This document shows, in pieces, positions 35,092 through 48,924 of a stretch of 64,000 nt of DNA (positions are counted from its first letter, which is position 1; the number at the start of each line of letters is the position of its first letter). The DNA is from Haliotis rubra (lineage: Eukaryota). The stretch is from NCBI RefSeq assembly GCF_003918875.1, contig NW_025766514.1, forward strand, positions 868,001 through 932,000. Direction: 5' to 3'. Made by a program: the position numbers and the translations under genes. Under the pieces are notes generated by a model, which was not told where the DNA came from, ran no database searches, and worked only from the letters and a program-made list of their open reading frames with translations.

Positions 35092-35563
35092 GTGAGTGAG
35101 TTGTTCTTTACATCGCTTTAGCAATATTCCAGCAATATCACGGCGGGGGACACCAGATATGGGCTCCACACATTGTACCCATGTGGGGAATTGAACACGT
35201 TCCTTCTGTGTGACAAGCGAATGCTTTAATTACTAGGCTACCCCCGCCACCCTACAGACTTCCAAGGTATTACAATGAAGTGTGACCGACATCATGCTCA
35301 CAACCGAGGGATTAATACCCACATGCAACGCACCTGGTTTCAACATTCTCCTCAACAGGTCACAGGTTCACTGAAACTGTCATGTCTTCCATACAGCAAG
35401 AGTGGGCTTGGTGTAACGCCACTTTTAGCAATATTCCAGCGATATCACGGCGGGGGACACCAGAAATGGGCTTCACACATTGTACCCATGTGGGGATTCG
35501 AACCCAGGTCTTCAGCGTGACGAGCCAATCACAAGGCAACCATAAGGCTACCACCACCCCACC
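35092..35563 (-). mobile_element. Two SINE A copies (35092-35252, 35412-35563)
   Basis: homology to family A. Confidence 0.85.
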
Positions 35564-37650
35564 CCACCCACCCCATATACAGCAAGAAGAACATGACTGG
35601 CTAGTCAAATAAAGCCCCCCAGTTTGCTGGGCAGAGCTGCCCCCCTTAGGCATGCCAGTAGAGTATGATGGCAGGTTTGAATCCATGATCTCTCCAGAAT
35701 ATGTTGCTAGCTTTTCACATGCATTCTTGCGTTTCATCAAGTGGAAAATGCCTAAGACCAGCGTCAACTCCCGGACATCCTCCAACATCAAGTTGACAAA
35801 TCTGGATCAAACTGACAGATTACAGTCATCTGTCATTAAAACCTGAATACTACACAGGCCAAGATTAAACAACAATCCCAGAAAAACCTATCAAGTATAT
35901 CAGTCTAGATATGTTACAGTAATAATTCAAAATCTTACTTGACAATGAGGACATGTGAAGCACTGCAGGCCTTCTCTGCCAAACACTATGATTATAATAT
36001 CTTGTTGATTCTTTAGGCATTTGCAGTGGTGATATGGCAAGATATGGTGAAATGTTTCTCATTTTCCTTTCAAAATATTTGCTAGCTACCAGCTAGAGTG
36101 TTTGTGAGTAGTCATGTCAAGGTCCTCAAAGGCTCATTCAGACAGTAAGTGGGCAGATCACAAATCAGACATTCTCCAGATAAACCTCAGACCAACATGC
36201 AAATTCATTGAACAACATAGAATCCCATATAAAATCAATGATTCATTTTTGAATTCTGAAGTTCAGTTAATGTTAATCTGAAAAGTGATTTTCAGTAAGT
36301 TTTATGAAGATTTGAACAAAAAACGTCTGATGTGTGTCAATGTGCGGATCCAACTGTCGCCAGAAGTGGGTTGAATATCCACAGTGAAGAGGCACCATGC
36401 AGTGGGCAAATAACACAGGTCTCACAAAAAATACACACACAAATCAATGCTGTTTCTTTTTGTAATGTAAACATGTCGATCGGAGTCAAACTTCAAGGAA
36501 CTTAACACCATGGCTTTTAAATATTTAACACACACTGTGACAATGACATGATTGGTTGTTTGTTGCAAGCTCGACACAATGACAAGCACCACGGGATGAA
36601 GCTGGATGGAGGTTGTCATTGACTACAAGAAACAAGCTCACAGTTAGAGGAGCAGGCACTGCTGAGCTGGTTATAAGTGTGAGTGAATCCATGATCTGTC
36701 ACCACACTTACAGGTTAAATACACCAAATCAGAATCCGTAGTTTAACAAGCACTTATTGTAGTGAACCTTCAGTGCAGACTGAATCATCTGAAAGCTGTG
36801 ATTGGGTAATTTTGTGTAAGATTTTTGTTTGTTTTAAATGTACATCCATCCAGTAATTAAAACTGACCATATTGTTTAATATCTAGTGCTATCTTTATTT
36901 ACTGCTGACTTATACTGAATGTGACCACCGGTATTTTAAAGCAGTTGACATTTTGTGTGGGACTGGGGTTGGTACTTGGCAAATTGGCTGGATGAGGTGG
37001 TCATATTTTATATTTTTATTGCTTCTTTAAGGCCAGACTAAGCACACATGTACCTGTAACAGCTCTTAGTTAATATTTTTAAAAACATAATGTAATTATA
37101 CAGTCTCTGCCAATGCCATGCTTCAGAATGAACCAGGCAGGGAGTCCGGGATGGGAAAGTTCCAAGTCAGTCCCTCCTGGATTCCGCGATTCCGCTGTTG
37201 CAGAATAAATTGCAGAAATTACCTTTTGATGTAGAAAAACGTCCGGTCCGCGGAAAATGCATTTTTATGCAGAATACCTGCAGAATTTGCCATTTTTCTG
37301 CCGCGGAATTGACTTGTTTTGAAAGCTGAATCAAGATTGACTATTAACCGAATTGAAAAGTAAGGGTAAATGTCAAAAGTATGATTGGTTACACAAAAAC
37401 GAACTGAGACATTTGATCTAACGATATTTTTCAAATATTCACGTATAAAGATGATTTATTCATTAAAGGTAATATTTTCTTCAGCACTTTACAATAATAT
37501 TATTTGAATTTTTCACTGCAAAAAAATCGATCTTTCTGAAGATCGAAATTGCATTATTTTGTGTTGTTTTTCAAGTTTTTAACTGCAGAATTCTTTGCAG
37601 AATTTTGAAAAATTGGATGCAGAATTTACTTAAATTTGCCAGGTAATTCT

Positions 37651-38920
37651 TAACAAGAAGACAAAGTCATCAATATCCCCCGCAATGGCAAAATACTCTT
37701 CATGATTATGTCTACGAGTTATGTTTATGTCAAATATTAAGGTGTGTATATAGAAAAGTGGAAGGAGAGTATTGAAAGGTGTTTAAAGTTCTGCTCTAGA
37801 AAGGAGCACTATCACCAATTTCAGTCTATGTCAAACTTGTTGCCATGGAAATGCCAAAAATATTTTATTCAGAATTCCAAAACTACCAAAAGGCACCAGT
37901 ACACCACCAGATCTATGTATGTGCCAAGTTTGGTGAAGAAATAGTGAACGGTTTTAGAGTTCAGCTCCGGAAAAGTGTACTACCACCAATTTCAGGCTAA
38001 GTCAAACTTGTTGCCATGAGAAACGCCAAAAATATTTTATTCAGAATTCCAAAACTACCAAAAGGCACCAGTACACCACCAGACAAATCTTTGTGCAAAG
38101 TTTGGTAAAGAAATAGTGAACGGTTTTAGAGTTCTGCTCGGGAAAAAATTTCAGGCTTACTCAGCCATGGAAACGCCAATTTCAGGCAAATTAGTCAAAC
38201 TTGTTGCCATGGAAACGCCAAAAATATTTTATTCAGAAATCCAAAACTACCAAAAGGCACCAGTACACCACCAGATCTATGTATGTGCCAAGTTTGGTAA
38301 AGAAATAGTGAACGGTTTTAGAGTTCTGCTCCGGAAAAGAGCACTAGTACAATTTCAGGCTTAGTCAAACTTGTTGCCATGGAAACGCCAAAAATATTTT
38401 ATTCAGAATTCCAAAACTACCAAAAGGCACCAGTACACCACCAGACAAATCTATGTGCAAAGTTTGGTAAAGAAATAGTGAACGGTTTTAGAGTTCTGCT
38501 CCGGAAAAGAGCACTAGTACAATTTCAGGCTTAGTCAAACTTGTTGCCATGGAAAAGCCAAAAATATTTTATTCAGAAATCCAAAACTACCAAAAGGCAC
38601 CAGTACACCACCAGATCTATCTATGTGCCAAGTCTGGTAAAGAAATAGTGAACGGTTTTAGAGTTCTGCTCCGGAAAAGAGCACTACCACAATTTCAGGC
38701 TAAGTCAAACTTGTTGCCATGGAAATGCCAAAAATATTTAATTCAGAATTCCAAAACTACCAAAAGGCACCAGTACACCACCAGATCTATCTATGTGCCA
38801 AGTTTGATGAAGAAATATTGAACGGTTTTAGAGTTCTGCTCCGGAAAAGACAAATGTGCACGGACGGACGGACAGAGTCCATTTTAATACCCCCCGCAAA
38901 ACGCGTTGCGGGGGATAAAA
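37651..38920 (+). mobile_element. Helentron-associated non-autonomous element with an internal 170-bp tandem array (~6 units)
   Basis: T|AACAAG start, GAGTTCTGCT recurring at 38321/38491/38661, (GGAC)n, 3' hairpin CCCCCGCAA..TTGCGGGGG. Confidence 0.85.
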
Positions 38921-39430
38921 ATTTGTCACGGAATCCAGGAGGGACTGCCAAGTATTCAATGCTTGTCATAGGTTTGTTGTAAATGTCACACAACACCATT
39001 CCAGTTACATGACAATGGCTATAAATAGTCCAGTCTGGACCAGACAAACCTGTGACTGACATTTAGCAAGTCATACCATGACATACCATGTGATACTAAG
39101 TAGGATATCTGAAACATTAGGAAACACCACTGAAAGGCTCCCAATGTCAAGGACAGTTTTGTGAAAGTGAAACACTTTTTATGTAACTGATTCACGTACA
39201 AGGAAGCGAGGTGGCTTAGGTCACCAGCTGTACAGAAAGGACAGATCTCTTGGGTATACAGTTTATATAACTTAACCCTTTGTTCCCAATGTCTAATGTC
39301 TAATGTACAGAACACAGCAACTGCTCACAGACAGATCGTCACTTTCAGAGCGTCTTGTAGTCCCATTATTTCCTGAGTTTGTCTGGGTTCATCTGATTCT
39401 GAAGGCACAACTTTTAACATGATCAAATTA

Positions 39431-39886
39431 CAGTGGAAGCTGTCTAAACTGGCACAGGTCGGGACTGAATAAATAATGCCGGAATGTAGAGCTGACACGG
39501 TTACCTACAACAAGAACTAAACCATTTTTATCACTCTCATATACATTGTTGTATAACGTGGTGCTCTCAATTTCTTTCTCAACTCACTAATTACATGTAC
39601 AAGTACACCCATACTGAACTAAGGTTAAATTATCTTTGTCGGCAACCATGTAGTTTCAACACAGGATTACTGACTCCTTGCCATGCGCCGGATTAGACAG
39701 CGCTGATAACTGTATAAACACATATTCGGGTGCCTCATTTCATGCCGAGATCCGGAATTGACAGCTGCCGGATTGCAGAGCTTTTAAATGATGATAAATT
39801 TACTAGCCATGGACGGGACTGAGATTTTATGCCGATGTTGACAACTTGCCGGATTGGAAAGCTGCCGGTTTTGACAGCTTCCACTG
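39431..39886. mobile_element. pogo/Tc1-type MITE, TA TSD
   Basis: TA|CAGTGGAAGCTGTCTAAACTGGCA...TGCCGGTTTTGACAGCTTCCACTG|TA. Confidence 0.88.
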
Positions 39887-42282
39887 TATAACAAAAATCC
39901 AGCAAAGCATGACACTTCAATAGAAAAAACCCATGAAAAATCCATAAAAATAAGGGCAAATAGTATTATGGTTTAAACAAGCCATAGCCTGTTATGGAGC
40001 CCAGGGTGCTGTTGTTCAAAAGTTATGGCCACCTTAGCTCTAAGATTGCTTTGTACAACGGCACCCAGCGTTATAATGAGATGTGGTGATTCAGCCTCTG
40101 TACCCACTGTGATGTCAGGCACCAGCTTGATTTTGGGACCCGGCTTTCGGGAAGAAATGTTGAAAGGCTCCCAGGACCAGTAAGTAGCAGTAGAGTCTAC
40201 AGCCTGGTTACAGAAGCATGTCAGGGAGTGAGACCAACAACACAGGGAAAACAACCTCACTTACACAACTTTGGAGGTTGCATACTAAATATCAAAATGT
40301 CAAGAAATTGCTAAATTGGTATCATTTGTAGAAAAATGTGTCCCGAATCTAATTATGTAATAAAAATAGCAAGTCACCATTTGTTTGACAAGTGGCGCCT
40401 CCTTGTGGCACCGTCTGTAAAAATAGTATGTCAATAAAAGTTCTCTTAAAAGTAAATTGTTTACTTTTATTATTCAATATGTGTTTTTTTATAAGATATT
40501 TCAGTATTGATACGAAATAAAGCTGGAAAATAATTTTTTAAGGCAGTATGTAGGATTTGACACATTAATTAACTTCTAAAAAAACAGGAATTTAAACAAA
40601 ATATTGATTCATCAATGAAAAAATATTTTTATAATAACAATTTTTTTTATAAAATGAATTCACACTAGATTAATATTCAAAAATAAAAAAAAATATGTTA
40701 CCAGAGGGTATCAACATTATCTCCAATTAAAACTGCATACCCAAATTAAATTTGATAAGGGGAGATAACTCTTGCCCAGGTTTACCTCAGGATAAATGCT
40801 TGTGTGGCCAAAATATCATGAAGTATGATGAGAAGCAAGATAAAGGGAAATAACTGTGTAACATAAATACGCGGTCCTACTGTCACATCCCGTCGCATAC
40901 GGTATTCGCACAAACCACGGTATCCAACCTCTTTAGGTCAGCAGTGCTATAGACATTTATCTAGTGTTTGCCATGATGCAGAAAACTTGCTTATTGGATG
41001 CACACATTATCTCAAATATGCAGTGAATCTAGAAACTTGTGTCATTGTTGATGCAATGCTACTGGGCCCTTAGTTCAGATAAGCTAAACTTCAAAAACTA
41101 AATGTTTGCCAGTTAACCGCTCAGAGCTGCGTTACCTGACCTACGTTACCCTGTTTTTTTGTCGTTATTAAACAATCACAGTTGATGTCTTCATGAAAGT
41201 TCCAAACTGAAGTTGACGCCCAAAAACATGTCCATGACTCCCTCTTATGACAACAGTTAGTCATGATGACTCCTTAAGTTTTATGCCTAGAGGAAACACT
41301 GTTATCCCATTGGTGAAAAGGCAAGCACCACCGTGATTCCGGGATCACAGGATCCTGGGAGCCAAGGGAAACAACTCTGCCCAGCAACATGCAATACCAC
41401 TGACCCACATGTGCAACCCAATAACAATCGTGAATGTAAATCCAGCAAGCATCAGTGACATATCCATGATGTTATTTACCTATGCCTCAAAACCAAATCC
41501 AATATTGTTATAATAAATATTTTATCCTGTTTCCACTGAAACATAAAAAAGGACAATTTAGAAATTCAAATATTCCAAATGCTAGAACTACATACCAGAC
41601 AAGTTTCCAGCAAAATCTATAATTCACAACTGGTAGACACTGTGCTTCATGAGGCTACCTTGAATCCCTTCTGATGTTGGATGTACATGTACTAATAAAG
41701 CATGTTGGTTAGACACACAAATGGAGAAAGTTTACATCCATTAAAACCTTTTTCTCTCCTAGCATTACTAGTTACAACCAAGAAGTGGCACAAGGCCAGA
41801 AATCAAAGGCAACACTATGTTTTTACGATACTGCCAGTGAATCCTGAGCATGAAGAGAAACTGTCTACTTAATGGCGAGGTATTACGTCACACTTGGCGT
41901 GGAAATGTCAGTGTGAGAAGTATGTTCCCCAGGGAGTGGAGATGAAAACGGCTTACACAATAAGCTCTGTGCTGAAGTGTGTGTAGCATGCTGAGGGAGA
42001 CGTTGATGTGATAGTAACTGACGCCATTACATTCTTGAAAGCAACTTGTTCCTCATATCATACACCAGTTGATGTCCACTTGAGCGTTTACAGGTCATTG
42101 TGGTTTGTTTATCGCTAAACATATGTGCCATCTTCTTGTTTCTGCTGATGGCAGTGAATACACTAGGGAAATATCTTTACAAGGACTTTTATGCTTTACA
42201 GTTTTCAACAAACAACCTCAATTTGTTGTTAGATCTCTGCAGCAGTGTCAACCCTTCAAATCCTCCTGGCCCAGTGAGTAGG

Positions 42283-42367
42283 TGAGTGGGTGGGTGAGTG
42301 GGTGAGTGAGTGAGTGAGTGAGTGAGTGAGTGAGTGAGTGAGTGAGTGAGTGAGTGAGTGAGTGAGT
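42283..42367. repeat. (GAGT)n microsatellite, probably an expanded SINE tail
   Basis: direct; same motif as the SINE A/B tails. Confidence 0.9.
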
Positions 42368-44098
42368 TATACCTCAGCTGACAAAAAGCGATCCCCAACA
42401 CCCTACCATGCTGGCTATGAATGAGTGAGTGAGTTTAGTTTTACACCACACTCGGCAATATTCCAGCTATATGGCGGTGGTGTGTAAATAATCGAGTCTG
42501 GACCAGACAATCCAGTGATCAACAGCGTGAGTATCAATCTACTCAACTGAGATATGATGACATGTGTCAACCAAGTCATGGCTATGACATGAAGCCCTAA
42601 TGAGGGAGATATGTTAATCAGCAGATCCTGGTACTGCTGCAGCTTGTGTCTGAGGGCCTGGTGATACATGCTGCCAAGTGCATGGGTACATTGGCAGCTT
42701 TTGTTGAGAATGAGGGAGTGAGTTTAGTTCTAAGCCCCTTTCAGCAACATTCACAGGAGGACTTTTTTTTAGAAATATACACAAGTTTGCCTAGTTTGCA
42801 CTCTCCCTGAACCACATTATTTTCCCTGCTGCCCGGCCCTCCCTACAATGCTAAAGCGCTAATTAGAAAAAAAGTTTTTATTTCCCCAGGTTCTGAATCT
42901 CAGGCCATTCATCCTATGCTTGACATACCTAGGTCCTCACATTGGCCACTCAGCTTGTAGAAACAAAGGTACGGCGTTCTCACACTGCTAATTACCTCCC
43001 AGTTAGCAAGTGCTGGGACCAAAGAGATTACCAGTAACAGGATGTTAGTTGTCAACTGGCCATTGACAGGTTGACTGGCTATTTTAGTCCAATATGGGGA
43101 GAGGGTGTCGGATTGTACAGATTAATAGTGTCATTGGGACCAGAAAATGGTGTCGGAATTTGGACTGTACAGATGTCGGATAATTCAATGTTTAAATGAT
43201 GATAATATAGACGAACACTGCCGGGGCCCAAGAAATATGTTGGAATTCACAGATTATCAGATAATTCAGATGTCGGATTATGCAGAGTCTACTATATTCA
43301 GGGACTTAAGCGTTAGTCTAAAGTTTGCCTGCACTTTAGTTTCACCATGGTGGGTCCTCTACTACTATGACCTGCGAGGGGGGAAGCCACAGATGATTCT
43401 CGTCAAAGTGTAGAGTAGATGTAGATGACAGTTTAACTCCTGGCATCATGTACACTGTGTCACCGAACATAGGGAACGATGGCTGCAAGAGGCTAACTGC
43501 AGACGTCCTGCTGACATTTGGATTGACATTTACCTCACCGTGTCATCACTGGTGTTACAATATTTTGAAGTCATTGCTTTCTATTTTTTGGGTCATAGAT
43601 CCATAACCCTATTGTCTTCAAAAGACACAAAACACTCAATGTTTGGAAATAAAATCCTCAAAAAAGACACCTTATGATATCAATTTTATGTAAACATATC
43701 GTCGAATCATTCAGTTAATGAATAGCAGCAACTTCTCTTTCTAAAATAACTACAGAGTTATGTCCCTTGTCCTTTTCTCTGAGAATAAACCTGACACACA
43801 ATGAAGATTTCAGCAGACAACGGCCATGAATTATTCAAAACAAACCCATATTCCCGTCCTGTAGATCATATTTGTGAAGACACTTCTTGATCCATTTAAG
43901 AAAATATGAAGCTGTCAAAAAATACAGTTATTCCCTAGAGTCTGAATATGACAAAACACCAGTGATCAGGAAAACGATAGAAATATGGCCAAATAGACAC
44001 TGACTGAGGAATCCCAGACTAAACTTGAAGTTGTGGGTTGGGGGTGAGCTGGTCACACCTGTCTTGTATACAGCACAGACGCTACTTCCATGACTTAT

Positions 44099-44263
44099 AG
44101 GGGTGGTGGGGTAGCCTAGTGGATAAAGCGTCCGCTCGTTACGCTGAAGACCCGGGTTTGAATCCCCACATGGGTACAATGTGTGAAGCTCATTTCTGGT
44201 GTCAACCGCCGTGATATTGCTGGAATATTGCTAAAATTGGTCTAAAACCATACTCACTCACTC
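44099..44263 (+). mobile_element. tRNA-derived SINE family A, full length
   Basis: A/B boxes and ACTC tail. Confidence 0.9.
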
Positions 44264-44282
44264 TGTTCTATGGATGTTTAAT

Positions 44283-44515
44283 ATACCATCAAAAAAAGTA
44301 GGGGATATAGGATTTACAAGATTGATAAAATGCAAATGATGAAGCCAAGGAGGAAACAGATGATGAAGAGAAATTAAGGGAAAATGTGACAATTTATTCC
44401 ATTCCTTTGGAAATGTTTCATCTGTATGGATATATATTACTTTTCTCATATGCATTGGCATTGGCTAGTGGCATGCTCGCAAAATGGAATATCCCCTACT
44501 TTTTTTGAATGGTAT
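44283..44515. mobile_element. Tc1/mariner-like MITE
   Basis: ATACCATCAAAAAAAGTAGGGGATAT / ATATCCCCTACTTTTTTTGAATGGTAT inverted termini in TA context. Confidence 0.8.
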
Positions 44516-45261
44516 ATTATTGTGATACAAGACTGATAACAAAACAAAGTAACATTTAATGTCTCCAGCAATGAGCAGAGCACAGCCTCCAGTTTAGACT
44601 AACATCTAGTCTCTGAAATGAACATATTTCACAGAGAAAAACCAGTTCCTAAATTATAATCATGAAATAAAGTAAAGAGAATCTGTGGAAACCTAGACGT
44701 GCAGGCTTTCAGGGTCTGTATAACAGACTACATCCAGATGAAAGTCATAGTCACAGGGAACAGTCACAGCTGACACGACTGCCCCGAAATTCTGACAAGT
44801 GATAGTAGGGTTCTATGGATATGTACATTTCACAGAAACACAGTCTTAAATCATTATCCAGAAAAGTATGGGCTCCCTAAACAACCAGCGGTTCCATATT
44901 CCTCAACCCCAAACCTGTTGATGGCACCGCACAGTTTGCTGGATAATCAGTGATAATGGCTGCATGTTGGATGATGTCATACATCATGAAACATAAGAGT
45001 ACAGTTTGTACATCAATGTATGCACTAGTGTTTATACAGCATGTTGGAATGCCTTCCATAGAACAATAGGACCATTCCGAAAAATAAAAACCAATGAAAA
45101 TCATCCATGTGACGAGTCAAGGAACCGGTTAAGCACATTGCGAATTGGACTGTACTGTACTTTTTTTTGCTGGATACGTTTCTGAAGTACAAGACAGCTG
45201 CCCACTATAATGCTACAGACATGTTCAAGGAGCTGCAGGAGAAGGGTGAAGCGCCAGTGAA

Positions 45262-45687
45262 GCTGAAGGGGTCTTTGTCGGCACGGGTACTACAGATATG
45301 TACCCCAGGTAGTTTCTGTATACAGAAACGTACCTTGGCCATAATGAGAATACAGAAACGTACCTAGGATGATTCCATTCCCATTGTGTCGTATTCTTGA
45401 CCGGAACTGTCATATTGTTGTATTAGATACTTTTGATTGCATTATGTAAGTAATGAGAATACACAGTAACGGATATTTCGCGATGCACATGAATACCACT
45501 CGGGATCAGTTGAACGGGAACAACTACATACGGTTTCGCTTTTGGATTGCGGAATATGGACTCGTCCGTCTTTTAGGGTACCGGGTACGTTTCTGTATTT
45601 TGACTTTGTTTAGGGTACATATCTGTATACAGAAAGGTACCTGGGGTACGTATCTGTAGTACCTGTGCCGACAACGACCCCTTCAGC
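45262..45687. mobile_element. Mutator-like MITE, ~70-bp TIRs, 9-bp TSD GCCAGTGAA
   Basis: GCTGAAGGGGTCTTTGTCGGCACGGGTACTACAGATA...TATCTGTAGTACCTGTGCCGACAACGACCCCTTCAGC; TSD at 45253-45261 and 45688-45696. Confidence 0.92.
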
Positions 45688-46416
45688 GCCAGTGAAGCAT
45701 ACAAACTAATGGCTGACAACTTCTCATTGTATGCTTCATTACTGACTCACCAACACCTAGAATGTCCATGAAACAATTAGGGTGAAGCACCCTGGTTGTT
45801 CCTGTGTAACACCTAGTCTCTGAAATGAACATATTTTACGAAAAAACCCAAAATAAAGTGTTCCTAAAACATAATCATAAAATATAATGAAAAGGAGTCT
45901 AGAGACTTTCTTCATTTTCAGAAACTGTTGAAATCTAGACTTGCAACATATTCTAGACTTTTCTATTGCTTTCTTGGATATATTTGTTTCAGGGTATGAC
46001 AGACCAAGTTTGAGGTGACTGTAAAGAAGTGGTCCTGTCATCCACACATACATGAGACGGCCAGCCAGCTGGATCACATACCTCACACTGCAGCAGTATC
46101 TCCTAGACCCAGGCCCACATGTATTAGTCTGTAGGGGAAATGTCAGGGAGGAGGCGGTCTAGCCTGGCTATGATTAACTATGACGTTAATTAAAAGTGGT
46201 GGTCATTACCACTGACCAGCGCTGACCTGGACAATGTGGGGTCAATGGTGTGGTCACTAGGGTATCATTATAACATAATGTATGAGGCACTCTCCAGTTA
46301 CCAGCATGGGAGGGGGAAAAGTTAGGGCTCATGATGATAGTGTGGAGAACAAGTGGATGTCACCATGGTAACAGAGGTGTTGCACTGTATGACCTAATGA
46401 CAGGTCAGTGGGTACA

Positions 46417-46710
46417 GGGGCGGTGGGGTGGCCTTGTTGTTAAAGTGTCTACTTGTCACGATGAAGACCCGGGTAACCAAACCCTCATCTCAGGTATCGC
46501 TAAATTAGGAACCAAACCCCCATCCTCAGGTATCACAACAAGAACCAAACCTCATCACAGGTATCACAACAGGAACCAAACCCTCATCCTCACAGGTATC
46601 ACAGATTCCTCATATGGGTATGATGTGTGAAGCCCATTTCTGGTGTCCCCACCATGATATTGCTGGAATATTGCTTAAAGCGGCGTAAAACCATACACAC
46701 TCACTCACTC
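46417..46710 (+). mobile_element. SINE A interrupted at its B box by ~4 units of the neighbouring 32-bp minisatellite (46474-46603)
   Basis: GAAGACCCGGGT|aaccaaaccctc...ggtatcaca|GATTCCTCATATGGGTA. Confidence 0.8.
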
Positions 46711-46736
46711 AGTGGGTACATCTCCCAGGCCTTTCC

Positions 46737-47791
46737 AACAGGAACCAAACCCTCATCACAGGTATCTAAACAGGAACCAAACCCTCATCACAGGTATCTA
46801 AACAGGAACCAAACCCTCATCACAGGTATCTAAACAGGAACCAAACCCTCATCACAGGTATCTAAACAGGAACCAAACCTTCATCACAGGTATCTAAACA
46901 GGAACCAAACCCTCATCACAGGTATCTAAACAGGAACCAAACCCTCATCACAGGTATCTAAACAGGAACCAAACCTTCATCACAGGTATCACAGGTATCA
47001 CACAACAGGAACCAAACCCTCATCACAGGTATCTAAACAGGAACCAAACCCTCATCACAGGTATCTCACAGTATCACAACAAGAAGGAACCAAACCCTCA
47101 TCACAGGTATCACAACAGGAACCATCGCAGGTATCACGGCACTCCCTCATCACAGGTATCTACAACAGGAAAACCCCTCATCAAACCCCAAACCTCATCA
47201 CAGGTATCACAAACAGGAACCAAACCCTCATCTCAGGTATCACAACAGGAACAAACCTTCATCACAGGTATCTAAACAGGAACCAAACCTTCATCAGGTC
47301 ACAGGTATCTATCACAACAGGAACCAACCAAACCCTCATCACAGGTATCACAACAGGAGGACCAAACCAAACCCTCATCACAGGTATCACAACAAACAGG
47401 AACCAAACCCTCATCACAGGTATCACAAACAGGAACCAAACCCTCATCACAGGTATCACAACAGGAACCAAACCTTCATCCACAGGTATCACAACAACAG
47501 GAACCAAACCCTCATCACAGGTATCACAACAGGAACCAAACCTCATCACAGGTATCTAAGGTATCACAACAGGAACCAAACCCTCATCTCAGGTATCACA
47601 ACAGGAACCAAACCCTCATCACAGGTATCTAAACAGGAACCAAACCCTCATCACAGGTATCTAAACAGGAACCAAACCCTCATCACAGGTATCTAAACAG
47701 GAACCAAACCCTCATCACAGGTATCTAAACAGGAACCAAACCTTCATCACAGGTATCTAAACAGGAACCAAACCTTCATCACAGGTATCAC
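46737..47791. repeat. 32-bp minisatellite (ACAGGAACCAAACCCTCATCACAGGTATCTAA)
   Basis: direct. Confidence 0.96.
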
Positions 47792-48275
47792 AGGGTGAAT
47801 GTCATGGAGGGTGAGGTTGACTGAGGGTGAGACTGTCATGAAGGGTGAGGTGGCGTGAGGGTGAGTCTGTCATGGAAGGTGAGGTGGAGAGTGGGTGAGT
47901 CTGTCATGGAGGGTGAGGTTGAGTGAGGGTGGGTATAACTGTGACCTAGTGACAAAAGATCATTGTGTCTCTAAAAATCATCCCCACCAGACACTTCTCC
48001 CCTCCTCATTATTCTCTCCTGCATGCACATTGTTTTATCTGGAGCCTAGTACTGGGTGAGTGTATTTACCTCTGACAGTCAGCCCCCACTTAGTACCCTA
48101 CATCCATCATCCCTCACTCAGTCATCCCCAGCTCTCACCACCACACATGTTCACATGGCCTACGCAAGTATTGTTTCCAAAATGTGTTGATTAAAAGGTT
48201 GGCAGTGATTCCTACATCAGTTGTAGGCATGACTGAAGCCACAATAACATGTCAAGTCCTCATTAACACACGTAA

Positions 48276-48913
48276 CAGTACACCCTGGATATAATGTCAC
48301 CCTGGATATAGCACCATCCTGGATATAACATCACCTGGATATAATGCCACCCTGGTTATAATGCCATCCTAGATATAATGCCACCCTGGTCATAATGCCA
48401 CCCTGGTTATAATGCCACCCTAGATTTATTGCCACCCTGGTCATAATGCCACCCTGGATATAATGCCATGTTTTTGCCAGAACAGATTTCCTGTCTAAAT
48501 AATATCCTGGTTATAATGCCAAACGGTATATAGTGCCATTTGCCAATGGTTTTTGGAACAAATGTCATTTTTCCCTGGTTATAATTCCAATTGCTCTCGC
48601 TGCATGTAGTATACATACCTTAATTTGTTAATTGACATGACTCAAATTTATTGTAAACGCAATAATGCTTAAAGTAGTCTTAGACAGGATAACACATGTG
48701 ACAATACACTCCCTGTCACCTACAACAAGTCACCTCCAGACCCAAGATGCTGGGATTATCCAGTCATTCAAGGCTCGAAACCGGAGACATAACCTCAGTC
48801 ACCTTGTTGATTGCATAGGGCCTCTAACTGTCCTACCAGGTTATAATGCCACCCTGGATATAATGCCATATTTTCTCCTGGACAAACAGTGGCATTATAA
48901 CCAGGGTATACTG
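48276..48913 (+). mobile_element. pogo/Tigger non-autonomous element (same family as 4067-4507) with amplified 18-bp subterminal repeat
   Basis: CAGTACACCCTGG...CCAGGGTATACTG|TA; SPTTSHLQTQDAGIIQSFKA remnant. Confidence 0.88.
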
Positions 48914-48924
48914 TATGCGGAATG

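Noticed and set aside
45167-45725. Coding-looking stretch LKYKTAAHYNATDMFKELQEKGEAP interrupted by the Mutator-like MITE
   Set aside because: Too short, stops soon after the MITE is removed, and the family is not recognisable.
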